NCBI RefSeq assembly: GCF_003918875.1
Contig: NW_025766092.1
Span: forward strand, 682,001 to 746,000
Direction: 5' to 3'
Source: Haliotis rubra
Lineage: Eukaryota
DNA: 64,000 bases
The position numbers and the translations under genes were made by a program. Below the pieces are notes generated by a model that had not been told where the DNA came from, made no database searches, and saw only the letters and a program-made list of their open reading frames with translations. Shown one piece after another: positions 26,601-38,850 of the stretch; the first letter of the stretch is position 1, and each line of letters starts with the position of its first letter.

Positions 26601-29600
26601 CAACATAAACCTATCAGAACTAACTCGCACCTGCTGTGAAGGGAAACTCACCTTCCGATCCGTAGCTAGAGTAGCCATGAGATGTCCATTGGGTGAGAAT
26701 GCTATACTTGTTGGAACAGCTTTTTTCTGTGAATGGATAAGACGCTTTCCTTGAAGTTGAAACATTACAACATTATCTTGAAACAATATGAAGGGACATT
26801 CTTAGAAAAAATCATTGGCAGTTATTCTAAATGTTCATGACATGGCTAATATTCCAATAAATATTTAATTCAAACTGACTGACTGATTGATTGTTGTTTA
26901 ATGTCACACTCAGCAATATTCCAGCTATATGGCGGTGGTCTGTAAATAATCAAGTCTGGACCAGACAATCCAGTGATCAACAACATGAGCATCGATCTAC
27001 GCATTTAGGATCACGATGACATGTGTCAACCAAGACAGCGAGCCTGACCATCCGACCCTGTTAGTCGCCTCTTACGACAAGCATGGGTTACTAAAGACCA
27101 ATTCTAACCCGGATCTTCACAGGAACAAATTGAAAGATTCAGATTTTACTGAATGATATTTCAGATGTCGGTATTCATTTCAAAAGGAAGGATTCAGAGA
27201 TGAATTAACCCTAAAACATTTGGGGAGAATATTGGTAATGACATGAGTGTCATCTACTGTCTGGCTGATATATATATTAATAAATACCATCATGAAGTCG
27301 TAGAGATCAGTGTCAGTTTTAAACTCCCACTGCAACACTTTAGGGAACTTGTAGTCCTGCCTGGCACCGCCCCAACATTCCACCATGCCACTCCGGTCAA
27401 CCGACACAGCCACCTCCAACACTGGGTTGTACTGCAATACAATGTACAACAGTTAACTTGTGTCCACCTCCAACACTCGGTTGAATTGCAATACAATGTA
27501 CAACAGTTAACTTGTGTCCACCCCCAACACTCGGTTGAACTGCAATACAATGTACAGCAATTAACTTGTATCCATCTCAAACTCTGGGTTGTACTGCAAT
27601 ACATTGTACAACAGTTAACTTGTGTCCATCTCCTACACTGGGTTGTATTACAATACAAAGTACAAAAGTTAACTTGTGTCCATCTCCAACACTGGGTTGA
27701 ACTGCAATACAATGTACAACAGTTAACTTGTGTCCATCTCCAACACTCGGTTGAACTGCAATACAATGTACAGCAATTAACTTGTATCCATCTCAAACTC
27801 TGGGTTGTACTGCAATACAATGTACAACAGTTAACTTGTGTCCATCTCCAACACTGGGTTGTCCTGCAATGCGATGTACAACAGTTAACTTGTGTCCATC
27901 TCCAAAACATGGTTTGTACTACAATACAATGTACAACAGTTAACTTGTGTCCATCTCCAAAACAAGGTTGTACTACAATACAATGTACAACAGTTAACTT
28001 GTGTCCTTATCCAACACAAGGTTGTACTGCAATGCAATGTACAACAGTTAACTTGTGTCCACCTCCAAAATAGCTTGTACTACAATACAATGTACAACAG
28101 TTAACTTGTGTCCATCTCCAACACAAGGTTGTACTACAATACAATGTTCAACAGTTTAAAAACAAACACATCAAAAGTCACATGAATTAGGATTGTAGAA
28201 GATAGTCGTAAATATGAGCTTGGAGAGAGTTACTGTTTGTATCGACTGAAAACGTGTGTTTTGAGGTTAGGCTTGAACACTTGAAGGGATGTAGCTGTAC
28301 GCAGTTTAAGTGGAAGTGAGTTCCATAGTGTGCTTGCAACTTGTATCCATCTGCAACAAAAGGTTGTACTGCAATACAATGTACAACAGTGAATTTGTGT
28401 CCATCTCCAACACTGGGTTGTACATAAATACTTGTACAACAGTTAACTTGTTGTTAATTTTTGCTCCATACATGATTCAAATGATGGCGCAAAGAGCATC
28501 TGTATATCAGGCTTCGAACTTTTACTGTACTAAGCTGTTTCCTGAACTTACCCGTATGATAGTGACAGGTTTGAAGTGAAGTTTTTCAATCGAGTGGAGA
28601 GGCTCACCATTACCCTTTCCATCGTATATATGGATTGTGTTGCTTTCTTTCTCTGACCTGAAAGAGACCCAGCCAAACTCTGTTTCATGGACAACATGGG
28701 AAGTTTGTAAGGGACCATTAAGATAATTTACACAATGGCTGCAACTAACAAGGGAAGACAACTCTGCTGAGATTATGTTCTTTGTCGATGACTGTCTTGC
28801 CAGGACTGCAGAATGAAGGTGTTACTGTCACTAAATTTGGGGGTTTTATTTGACGACAAAAGACATAACTTAAGCTGACTGCCATAAGAGCTACTATTGG
28901 AGTTGTTTTAAACTGATTCCAGTGATATCGTATGATTAGAACATTAGCTAAGACATCGCTTTTGTTGTGGAAGTAAAATAGCTTGGAGCTTTCCCTGTGA
29001 TGTCATCAATTTTTCACGTTTAGAGATTAAACCACAACTGCAAATAAACGTCATGATTATTGCCTATGTTGACTCTTTTCGTCATTTCATGTGTATTAAA
29101 GTTATGCAAATTAATCAGTGAATGATTACATTGTAAAGCTTCTGTCCTTTAGAGATAGAAATAGCAAGCATTGAAGCTGATCCCCGTCCGCTGTATCTAC
29201 TCACACGGCTAGAGCTGAGATGGCATCCCCTGGCTTGTACACCCAGCCACTACACAGAGGAACATAACCCAGCTTTATCATGTTGATCATGTCTGGAATC
29301 ACATAAAGTATTATCATGAATTAACACCTGCCATCATCACTCCAAAGTACATATTCCAAACAGGCTTTAGTTACGAAAACTGTACTGTTGAAGGAACAGT
29401 TTGTCATACATAAGGCTTCTTATTTTGTAAAATACATGTTCAGTAAAACATCACACATGAACCACTGACATATTAAGCAAGAGTACAGTTACATCACAGT
29501 AGTGAAGTATCTGCAGATCTTAGAGCTTACACATTATAAGTATAACAAAGCCAAGTCAGCTGTAGAATGAGGCCTGACACAGGAGGCAAATGTTTCAGAA

Positions 29601-31649
29601 TATTTTCGAGCAACTCACCAAAGTTTACAACGTCAAAGACTTTGGCAGTTTTGTCGTCAGACACAGTGCAACAGAGTTCCCCGTTACTGCTCACAGACAT
29701 GTCCTGGATGTTCCCTGAACAAAGACATTAACAATAGAAGGAGGGTGCTAAAAGGGTGTTTAACGTTGCATTCAAGATTATACTATCTATATCATGACAA
29801 TGCATGTGTGTTTGATTGTGTAAGCAAGAAAACACAGCCTTTGACAATGATGATACAAAAAGAACCAGGCTGAAATGGATAAACTGGCCTGTTTGCTTGT
29901 ATCCATGGTAAACTAGATAACTATTAAAGCTTGAAAGTCATCGATGTTGGACCATACTAATCAATGCTAATGTTCCTCTCCCATGGCTATAACTATATAT
30001 CTTCTAAAATAAAAAACCCAGATCAGGGCACTGATAAAAAAAAGAACACCTAGTTCAATCCCTGACACGATCTTGTGAGATCTTTAGCATATTTAGGACT
30101 GGTTACCAAGGTGACTTCGGAAGTGCTTGACAAACTCAATGCCAGTCTCTTCTGACTTCTTCCAAAACTTAACATGTCCGTCGCAACTTCCTGTTATGAG
30201 GAAGTCAGTCCTGCAACCAACAAAGCTCAACGATACAATGTTGTTTTCTGTAAAAAGAAATTGGGATTTATCCTTCAATCAGTTATTGACTCGTGAAGAT
30301 CTGGGTTAGAATTGATCTTCAGTAACCCATGCTTGTCGTAAGAGGTGACTAACAGGATCGGGTGGTCAGGCTTGCTGACTTGGTTGACACATGTCATCGG
30401 TTCCCAATTGCATAGATCGATGCTCATGCTGTTGATCACTATACTGTCTGGTCCAGAATCCGTTATTTACAGACTGCCGCCATGTAGCTGGAATATTGAT
30501 GGGTCAGGCGTAAAACTAAACTCACTCACTCACTTACTGAAAGTTGATCATGATTCCATAAATGATTTAATTCTTTACACCTTTAAGCTAAAGCGTGACA
30601 ACTATTGTGGAACTTTTCAGTATTTTATATTTCCAAACACCCCACTATGAATTCAGCTACCATATGCTTCATAAAGGTGCTAGTTCATGCACAAAACTGT
30701 ATCCCTAAATATTCTGGTACTAATTTTCGGTTGTTTTAAATAATACAAACCTTGTCACTGCTATATGAGTTATGACATCTCTGTGCATGTAACTCTTTTC
30801 ATAGTATTCTGCACTGGGGATGTTGTCCATGTATACCTGCTCAAACTCAAGAACTGAAACCAGGAACAGGTTCATGATGAGGCTAAAAGGAAAAATGCAC
30901 AAAGATCCTTCACACCCAATAGCCCCTACAAGTATAACATGTACATATAGAAGCTCTCTGTATCCTAGCTTTCACTAACCTGATGATAGAGTAAGAATAT
31001 ACTCCTTAACCAGGTTAACGTTGTATTCTTCATAATTATTCCTGATAATAAGCATGATAAGGAAATGACATTCATAAACAAATCTTCTTTAACTTGACTT
31101 CCTTGATAGTAACTGTAATTTTCTTAAATTGAAATTGAGAGATAACTAATCCATAACCAACTCAAACGTAACCTTAAGGATCACAAAGGGTGCTTGATCG
31201 GCAAAGCTGGATAAAGTTGGGGTAACCTACCAAATCTCTCCGAAAGGCTAAATCATTTTGATCAGAGGCACACGAGGACGTCGAGGTGAAGTCAGAATCC
31301 TCAGTCTGAGCCAGATGGCTTTGTCAGTTAAATTACAAAGTTGCGGATGGAAGAAGCAGGATTTGGGTTCCGGACATCTTTACAAATTTTGAAAAAATGG
31401 TGAAACCAACGATAGGATCTTTCAACTAAATGTTAACTTTCAATAGTTTCATTTCAAAACTAGACCACACCGACTCATACACTTCTTGAATACAAACTCT
31501 TGTTTCTGGTTGTAATAGTATGATTTATTCCTAATCCAACCTTTCTGTTTCTTTGGCTTTGTCGCCTCTTCGGGCATAGGACCGATCCAGCCATCATCGT
31601 CATCGTTCTTTTCAACATCATCAATCTCACGTTTTGTGGACGCCGCCAT
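11681..31649 (-). CDS. PPWD1: Peptidylprolyl isomerase domain and WD repeat-containing protein 1 (spliceosomal cyclophilin), 17 coding exons, 618 aa
   Basis: Exons were traced by hand, all GT-AG with consistent phases: 31649-31541, 30853-30751, 30210-30107, 29714-29619, 29292-29205, 28657-28552, 27431-27288, 26726-26652, 26069-25989, 24918-24825, 23678-23625, 23225-22982, 22424-22358, 21476-21394, 13256-13144, 12557-12406, 11824-11681. Total is 1857 nt including TGA. Recognisable motifs: [37 protein letters not shown]40 repeats, and the cyclophilin motifs [41 protein letters not shown] and [13 protein letters not shown]. Confidence 0.97.
12540..12900 (-). repeat. ~110-bp diverged tandem repeat (~3 copies) spanning the PPWD1 exon 16 acceptor
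   Basis: gtaatata...tgtacagcaggcatcatctccttgtgactcttca recurs at 12560, 12671 and 12780. Confidence 0.8.
14690..17500. repeat. AT-rich tandem repeat, ~94-95-bp unit, roughly 18 copies, interrupted by a Kolobok-type element
   Basis: Unit aactctgtagagtttgttagctaatata...gcttaag...cttaagcta...atagca recurs, for example at 17017, 17111 and 17206. Confidence 0.9.
15052..16124 (+). mobile_element. Non-autonomous Kolobok-type DNA transposon, copy 1
   Basis: TTAA TSD, TIR AGGTCACATGCAAC / GTTGCATGTGACCT (RR...YY termini), no long ORF, three copies in the window. Confidence 0.88.
24256..24605. mobile_element. MITE with TIR AGGGACxxTTCATAATTTATGGC
   Basis: agggacccttcataatttatggcttggggg pairs with ccccctagccataaattatgaacagtccct. 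Confidence 0.75.
25188..25526. mobile_element. GC-rich MITE, ~30-bp TIR
   Basis: gaggcgtgttcagaaccgcgagagcccgc pairs with gcgggcgctcgtggttctgaacacgcctc. TSD is unclear. Confidence 0.75.
27410..28160 (-). repeat. 54-bp tandem repeat (~14 copies) derived from the PPWD1 intron 6/exon 7 junction; about 2 more copies at 28335-28450
   Basis: Minus-strand unit TACAACCCAGTGTTGGAGGTGGACACAAGTTAACTGTTGTACATTGTATTGCAG. It explains the 18-aa periodic ORFs at 27243 and 27290. Confidence 0.92.
30288..30532 (+). mobile_element. SINE-like family B (representative copy)
   Basis: cgtgaagatc...aacccatgcttgtcgtaagagg...gctggaatattg with a simple-repeat tail; the 3' end is shared with family A. Other copies (approximate): 913-1100(+), 13712-13941(-), 21800-22022(-), 26880-27122(-), 32540-32763(-), 49075-49225(+), 51195-51315(-). 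Confidence 0.85.
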
Positions 31650-32871
31650 TTTCTGAGTAAATCGAGGGAGGTAACTCTTACAATGAATATTTTACGACCC
31701 ACACTAAAAACGAGGACAGGACGAATCGTTGTCATTTTGTATTGGGTGAGTGAGTGGATGAGTTGGGTTTAAGTAGTTTGTCAGGTTATATATATAATTT
31801 TCTTAATTTCCGGGCTAATTGATGCATTGCTAGAAATCCTATTCGGCGTTAATTTACTTGAAAATGTAATGTTTGTAGCAATTGTAATCTTCCAATATAG
31901 AGTATCAAGAGAATTTCATCAATTTTCAGAAAGTGAAACCATTGTAATTTATAGATTTTCCAAATTATCAAAGACTTGGGTCGTATTTTTCGGATATCCT
32001 TGTCCCGGGGGTATAGCGAAACTAAAAGAACAAAAATGTTAAGACCTATTTCACAATGTGAAGTTCACATCTGTATCTGGTGTAAATACATATTGCTGGG
32101 AATCAAACTCACAACACAAGAGACAAACATAAATAATAAATATTTATAGAGCTGCGTTTCACACAAGACCAACAGGATGCAATGATGATATCTGCACTTC
32201 CGCCCCGCTTTTTAGAATAACATTGGGCTAATTGTATCGCCCGGTCGTCTCGTAAGGGACAACGTCCGCATAATTAATTTGCACTCCTATAGTCGCAAAA
32301 CCCATCAACAATTAAAGCCAAGTAGGTCAGTGTAAGCACCAGCACATGATTAGGGGACTATGATTGGACATGTGCGCGTGACTGCTTACATTAGTCCAGA
32401 CTGATGTTGGTTTCACAGTGCCAGCACTAACATACTGAGCCAAGTTGTTTTTGTTTTATCCCAATAATGCCTAGCGCTAGACAGGGAAACAACAAGTACC
32501 ATCTTTCACATGACTTCAAAACGTTTGTGTTTGTTTGGTTTATTTGTTGTTTAACGCTGCACTCAGCAATATTCCAGCTATATCGCAGCGGTCAGTAAAT
32601 ACTCGAGTCTGGACGAGATAATCCAGTGATCAACAGTATGAACAACTACGCAATTGGGATACGATGACATGTGTCAACCAAGTCAGCGAGCCTGACCCCC
32701 GATCCAGTGCCTCTTATATGACAAGCATGGGTATGAACAATTCTAACCTGGATCTTCACGGGGGATTGTAGGTATATGCGACTGAACATGTGAGTTTAAC
32801 GGCATTCCAGTTACATCAAACAGCGTGACGGGATACTATGACTTCCGACATGCTCGATATCTTTATGTGGA

Positions 32872-33034
32872 CTGACTGAGTTTGGTTTTACGCCGCTTTT
32901 AGCAATATTCCAGCAATATCACGGCGGGGGACACCAGAAATGGGCTTCACTCATTGTACCCATGTGGGGATTCGAACCCGGGTCTTCGGCGTGACGAGCC
33001 AACGCTTTAACCACTAGACTACCCCACCGCCCCT
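32872..33034 (-). mobile_element. SINE family A, full copy
   Basis: Reverse complement of the family A consensus with TSD tttatgtgga. Confidence 0.9.
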
Positions 33035-33747
33035 TTTATGTGGAAGGAATTGGTATACCAATTGTTCCACAGTCAAGTAAGTCCGAAGACATCTCATCTT
33101 TAGTGATAATACGAACATAGCTGTAAGGCCCAGACTCTCAAAGGTTAATAGACATTTCACATGCAGGGATTCGAACCTATTACCAGCATGAACAAGGGGC
33201 GCAACTCCGAAACCTCATATATCCAAGATGAACCCGTTTCTCATTCAAATACATGGAAGGGAGTTCCCATTCCCAAAAGGGGCATTGGGGTAGCCTAGTG
33301 GTTAAAACATTTGCCGAAAACACGGGTTCGATTCCCCACATGGGTACAAAGTTTCAAGCCCATTTCTGGTGTCGCCCGCCGTGATATTGTTGGAATATTG
33401 TTAAAAGCGGCGTAAAAGTAAACTCGTTCGCCCATTCCCAGTCAGTAGAGTATTGCTATTTTGTTTAACCCTAACCTATTCCTCCGAAACCATACGAGGA
33501 AGTGTATCACAGATGAATGGACAAGTGGCTGTATTCTGGAATGTTTAGAATTTTATTTTCAACGCGAGCCAGCTGTATAAGGAAATAGAAAATGGTGTAT
33601 TGACGTGGCTGTCATATTGCAACAGCCCACTTCAAGAACGCCATGCAGTGAAGTAGCGTATATTTCTTGTTTTGTTTAGCTGCACATTTGAAAATTGTTC
33701 AATATCATTATTTGCATCGTGAGTTTACGTTTCGTTTCTCTTAAATA

Positions 33748-33872
33748 TACTCATGCCAATAATGGTTGTCACCCCCCTCCCCACCCCAACCCCACACACA
33801 CCACACACACCACACACACCCTCTCCAATAAAAAAAATGAAAGGGGGTGACAACCATTATTGGCATGAGTAT
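33748..33872. mobile_element. Small Tc1/mariner-type MITE (TA-flanked); second copy in opposite orientation at ~51045-51153
   Basis: TIR tactcatgccaataatggttgtcaccccc with a (ca)n-rich spacer. Confidence 0.75.
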
Positions 33873-34358
33873 AATTCGCCTGTGGTTAGGTTATAAGCTG
33901 TGAATGTGTTTACAGTTGGGCAGAATCTTCAATTTATCATCTGTTATGAATTGAACAGATTAAGTTAGCAAATTACTATCCAAAAGATAAGCTGTACTAA
34001 ACCACTCCGTAGTTCGTTTCGATTATTGTTAACGCATTATTGATATAGTATATATACTCTTAAAAAATTAAGGGGAACTTCATTGTTAATTTACGATTGA
34101 AAAAATTGGTAGATACATATATCGGAGTCAGTCAAAGTTGAAATTAAAATAATGAATCGAAAGTTCAGGTTCCCCTACTTTTTGAAAGAGTATATAAATA
34201 TATGAGTTCCTTATACGTGAACCCTTTAAGAATATAGTGGTGAAGTTAACACTTAACGTGCTATCTAACAGGAACCTATACAACCCCAGAGCACTGAGGG
34301 AAACGGATTAAGAAACACAAGCACGAGTGTAAAGTTAAATGCAAAGTGTGTGAACGGT

Positions 34359-34453
34359 CAGTCTAAGTAAACTTAGCCTCAGTATTATTCGTTACCCTAG
34401 TATACAGTATAGTAGGGTAACGAATAATACTGAGGCTAAGTTTACTTAGACTG
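34359..34453. mobile_element. 95-bp palindromic MITE with 9-bp TSD
   Basis: Perfect 41-bp arms cagtctaagtaaacttagcctcagtattattcgttacccta. TSD gtgaacggt at 34350-34358 and 34454-34462. Confidence 0.85.
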
Positions 34454-35669
34454 GTGAACGGTGGGTGTTACATATAGGGCAGGGCAGGCTAAGTTACCCT
34501 TTTCGCGAACACCTGGTGTCATCACTGATGTGCAGTGACCCATTCATGTAATTTCCACAGCAGTTTTCCCCTTGACATCAAACGGAATCGGTTTCTGTGG
34601 ATAGTCAAGGTATTCCTTTTCACTGACGTTCTATGTATATTTTATTCCCAGATCTCCTGCAAAGGGTAATACAAAACATTTAAAGAAACCAGGAAATGGA
34701 TATAGGAACACTAATGCTTTCATGTTATCCCTTATCCAGTACAAACAGTATATATACGAGTGAGTATGGCCTTACGCCGCTTTTAGCAATATTGCAACAA
34801 AATCACGGCGGGGTACACCGGGAATGGGCTTCACACATTGTACCCATGTGGGGAATCGCATGCATCCGGGTCTTCGGCGCATTACCGCTTTAACCACTAA
34901 GCTACCCCACTGCCCTAGTATATAAACAAAATATCATATTTCGAAAACATATCAGGTAGTTAGACTCGGATGTCGCTGCCACCATATCCGGCCACGTTGG
35001 CGCCATACTATTAGCTACTGTTTTATCTGCACTCTGATAAATCTGGGATAGTGATGACTACTACAAACAAACAGGCAAACAAACAAATAGAGTTCAGAGC
35101 ATAAACATTTTAATAAAAGAAGGATGCTACATTCGTCATTAGGAAATCGAAACATGCTTAAATGGTTTGATGTTTTAAAATGTATTGCACAAGTTCAAGT
35201 TGGATATATAATGCAGGACTCTGATCTAAGAACGTTCCTATATCAGACAAACATTAGTATAACGCATTTGCTATAACCCTTTCTACATCGACCGTGCACG
35301 TTCTTACACATATGGACGGTTTCTTCCATATATTTGCATCACGAAACTCTTCTAAGTGTTAATGATTTCACAAGAGCTCACACTGGTCGAAATGAGTATA
35401 TCTATAAGGAGACACAAACAATCCAGAGACATATAGCCCAATACGTTGGATTACACTGTAAATAAAGTGTTTCGATCCTAAACATCTAAGAACCTGTACC
35501 CCTTTTGATTTGAAGACCACTTCCTGTTCGAAACAAACTTAAGTCTGAGTTTTGACCTAAGTTAGTTTTGACTCAAATTTGAGAAAACGCAGGGAAATGC
35601 ATTCCCCAGAATGAACTGAAATCGATATCAAACTCAAGACAATTAGAGTTCGGTAGATAGATTACTTAA

Positions 35670-36744
35670 AGGTCACATGCAACCAAAAAATCAAACATAA
35701 TTAAAACACAATTATCACTTCTTCATGACATATTATATGCATTGCTGATTATGAAAAAAACAATAAACAAAATTATAAGCGTATAATCGCAAATCAAAAG
35801 TGCAATATTTTGTACTTGGGTTTACCTCCCTCGAAACGAAGCAGCCGGGATACCGAACCCAGTCAGAGCGGGTGGGTGTGCACTCAAGTGTAACGGCTGG
35901 TTCATTAGCAGATGCCGCCTTCACGGCTAATTGTGTGTGTATATATAGAGATGTTGGTTTTTTTAAATACATGCTCATTTTTTGTGTATAACATTTTGCA
36001 ATCAACAGACATCATATCATGTCATGTGTTCAAGTATCACACCTGCCTGTCTGTGTAATTACATAATGTGACAGAGACCGAACTCGGGCCATAAATCAAT
36101 GCGTTTTGTTTATGGTGTATAGCCTGATTGGTGTTAAGTTCGAATTGCATGTGGTCAGTGATTGCAGTTGTGTATTGAATATTGCCATTAGCAGACAGAC
36201 AGGCAGACACACAGGTGTCAATAAAACAAGACATTGAGTTTTGTCTGTGACAACGACATATCTATATCACAGTTAGAAATTGTGTCAACTCTAAATAATG
36301 GCATTGCTTTTAAGTATCGAACTGAGAAAGTGTCTCGGTAAAAAGAACGTGTGGTGAAATAGACAAATGAAATTATATAAACAGTTCATTTACTGTCATA
36401 ACATATAAAAAGTTCGCGCCTGTGAGATATCAACAAAACATTAGAAAAACAGCTCACACCAAAGCCTTCACCGAGTATTCACCCGACAACCCGCTTCCAA
36501 GCTGCGCGAACCTATTTACTTGCGCACGTGCTATGAGCGCAGCCCAGCTGTTGAAACCTGTTTTCCCCAGAAAAGTCTGGGGAAAATTAGTGAAACGTTT
36601 GAACTCCGATTTCGCGCGTTTTTTTTCAACGCGTTATTTTTCAACTTTATAAGTTGAATTTGCATTTTTGACGATTTGTTTCGGTATGTCCATACCGAAA
36701 GGTATCAGAATCTGCAAAGTTGTGTTTTACGTTGCATGTGACCT
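35670..36744 (+). mobile_element. Non-autonomous Kolobok-type DNA transposon, copy 2
   Basis: Same TIRs, TTAA TSD and highly similar internal sequence. It sits inside an older inverted repeat (tcgaaacaaacttaag / cttaagtttgtttcga). Confidence 0.88.
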
Positions 36745-37089
36745 TTAAGTTGTTTGGGCTTTTTTATTTAAAAAATGCAGTTGAGTTAAATATTCAGCTG
36801 TTTCAAATTGTCAAACTCAGTTTGAAATTTGAGTAAAGCTTAAGTTTGTTTCGAGAAATCGGGGCCTGTACCCCCTTTGATTTAGAGTCCATCACGCCAC
36901 TTCCTGTTTGGCTGAGATCGTTGTTTTCACAAATGTTTACTCGTTATCATTATTTTAGCTTTTCCATTGATACGCCATTATGATAATATTGTACCAGTTC
37001 GTGGTAGACCCGTGAACAACCCACGCCTGCTTGGTGCCTGTCATCGTATCCCACTTGCACAGAAAATGATCATGTGACCATTAATATAG

Positions 37090-37320
37090 CGCCTACCTCC
37101 AGGTATGCTCATAGCGATAACAATGGTTTTTGTAGAGAACGGTTTTAAGATGACGCTTAAAGTTTTCAAGGGTTAGAGACAGCTTAAGTTCATCAGGGAG
37201 GGAATTCCCATGCAATGACCGATGCAGTGTTCTGGTAAGACTTGTATCCAAATGATTTGAGGTTCCATGAACCAATAAAATTAATACCGAGTTTGCTGTA
37301 AATTCGGGTGGTATATATGT
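37090..37320 (-). mobile_element. 3' fragment of a CR1/L2-type LINE; a similar fragment lies at 28230-28335
   Basis: Translations NSLPDELKLSLTLENFKRHLKT and [27 protein letters not shown] are typical LINE ORF2 C-termini. Confidence 0.6.
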
Positions 37321-38199
37321 CGTATTCGGATGGAGTAAATCATATTTGCACTACTTTCAGTATATAATTTATTATTACATCTTATCCAGATTTGACTTGA
37401 CGCCAAATGATGTACTCTTTATGTAAAAATGTTTGGACTGTTATGATACCCCACAATGATATTTATTTCGCAAACATGTTAAATTCTTAACATATTCAGA
37501 TTATTAGGATTTGTATTCCCATAATATTTTTTACAAATTCCTGAACATGTTTAAACACATAAGACATGCCCTACGTGTGTCTAGACATATTTTTCACAGT
37601 GTTTGTGTTTTGGTAAATTGCTGACTCCAAGATTAAATACAAATGTCCTTGTATTGAGTCAGAGAATTTCAGGCATTTTTGAATAAGTCGAGTATATGGA
37701 TGGCAACTTCTTGTTTATTGTAAAAAAAACGTTTCTGGGCTACTTCTTACAAATCACCTGAAGGAGGGACAAGAAGTAGCCCAGAAATGCTGTGTTATAC
37801 AATATACAAAAAGTTGCCATCCATATACTCGTCTTATGTATTCACCAACTTCTAAATGCCTCTCAAGAATCTCGACATTTTTGAAGATGGAAAATATTTG
37901 ATATAAGCGTAAACTGGTTTTCGTAAAACATCATTCTACAAACGACATTTTATTCATCACTCTGTATTTAATCGATTAATTTAAAATCGATTATGTTGTT
38001 ATGTTATTTATCGTGAAACGCTTTTGGTAGTGTCTGGAGGGCGAGATTGTGGACTAAATTACTGAAATGGAGAAATAGATGGGTTGAATGTTTCCTCATT
38101 GCCACATCAAGTGTTTGGATGACATGTGGAAGTGACGGATATATGTGGTGTCTTCCCATTACGCAGACAGCCAGTTCGCAGACACCTTAAAACAACAAC

Positions 38200-38850
38200 A
38201 TTTACGGTTCAGTGAACAGATTATCTACTACCTGTTACCTACACATTATAATGGAATAGTCCAAATAAAAACACAGGAACAAACTGAAGCTACATGGACG
38301 AAAAGACAGTAATTTGAATTTTTTTATTGCGGCAATATAAAAACAGTTTATTTTCATAAACATTTCGGTTTAACCTTCTAGTCTAACGGGAGTCGGCATC
38401 ATCATATTGAAAACGTTAGCTTAGCTATTAGAAATTGCGACACTGTTGAGTGTTGTATCTTATAAATCAAATAAAGACAATTGTGAACCTAAATATTATT
38501 CATATGGAATATAGAAGTTATATGTTTTGCACACAATATGAAGATTATATGATGAGTGCACTTAAGAACAATTTATTTAGAATAAATATTTAAAATATGA
38601 CGCATCATGTCAATGTGGCCATGGGTGTGAGAATGTTTTTCATTACTTCCTTGAATGTCCGTTGTATATTTCTCAAGGACATAAACTGTTACAATCTTTG
38701 GAAAGGATTGTTGAAATTAGAACACTGATTGGTATTAATCGTATCTTACATGGCAATGCAGGTGTCTCATTTACTGCAAATCAGAATGTTTTCAAATATG
38801 TACATATCTGTATCTCTCCAACAAAACGTTTTCTCAGTTAACTTCTGTTG
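38200..38850 (+). mobile_element. Decayed LINE ORF2 3' region
   Basis: Zinc-knuckle remnant CGHGCENVFHYFLECP at ~38613-38660. Confidence 0.5.

Noticed and set aside
27243-28073. 276-aa and 206-aa Cys/Gln-rich repeat ORFs
   Set aside because: By-products of the 54-bp intronic tandem repeat; no independent gene structure.
33257-37208. NF-kB-like sites (gggagttccc ~33258, gggaattccc ~37200) and ETS-like acttcctgtt motifs upstream of the adaptor genes
   Set aside because: Short motifs expected by chance, partly inside repeat fragments, and the transcription start sites are unknown.
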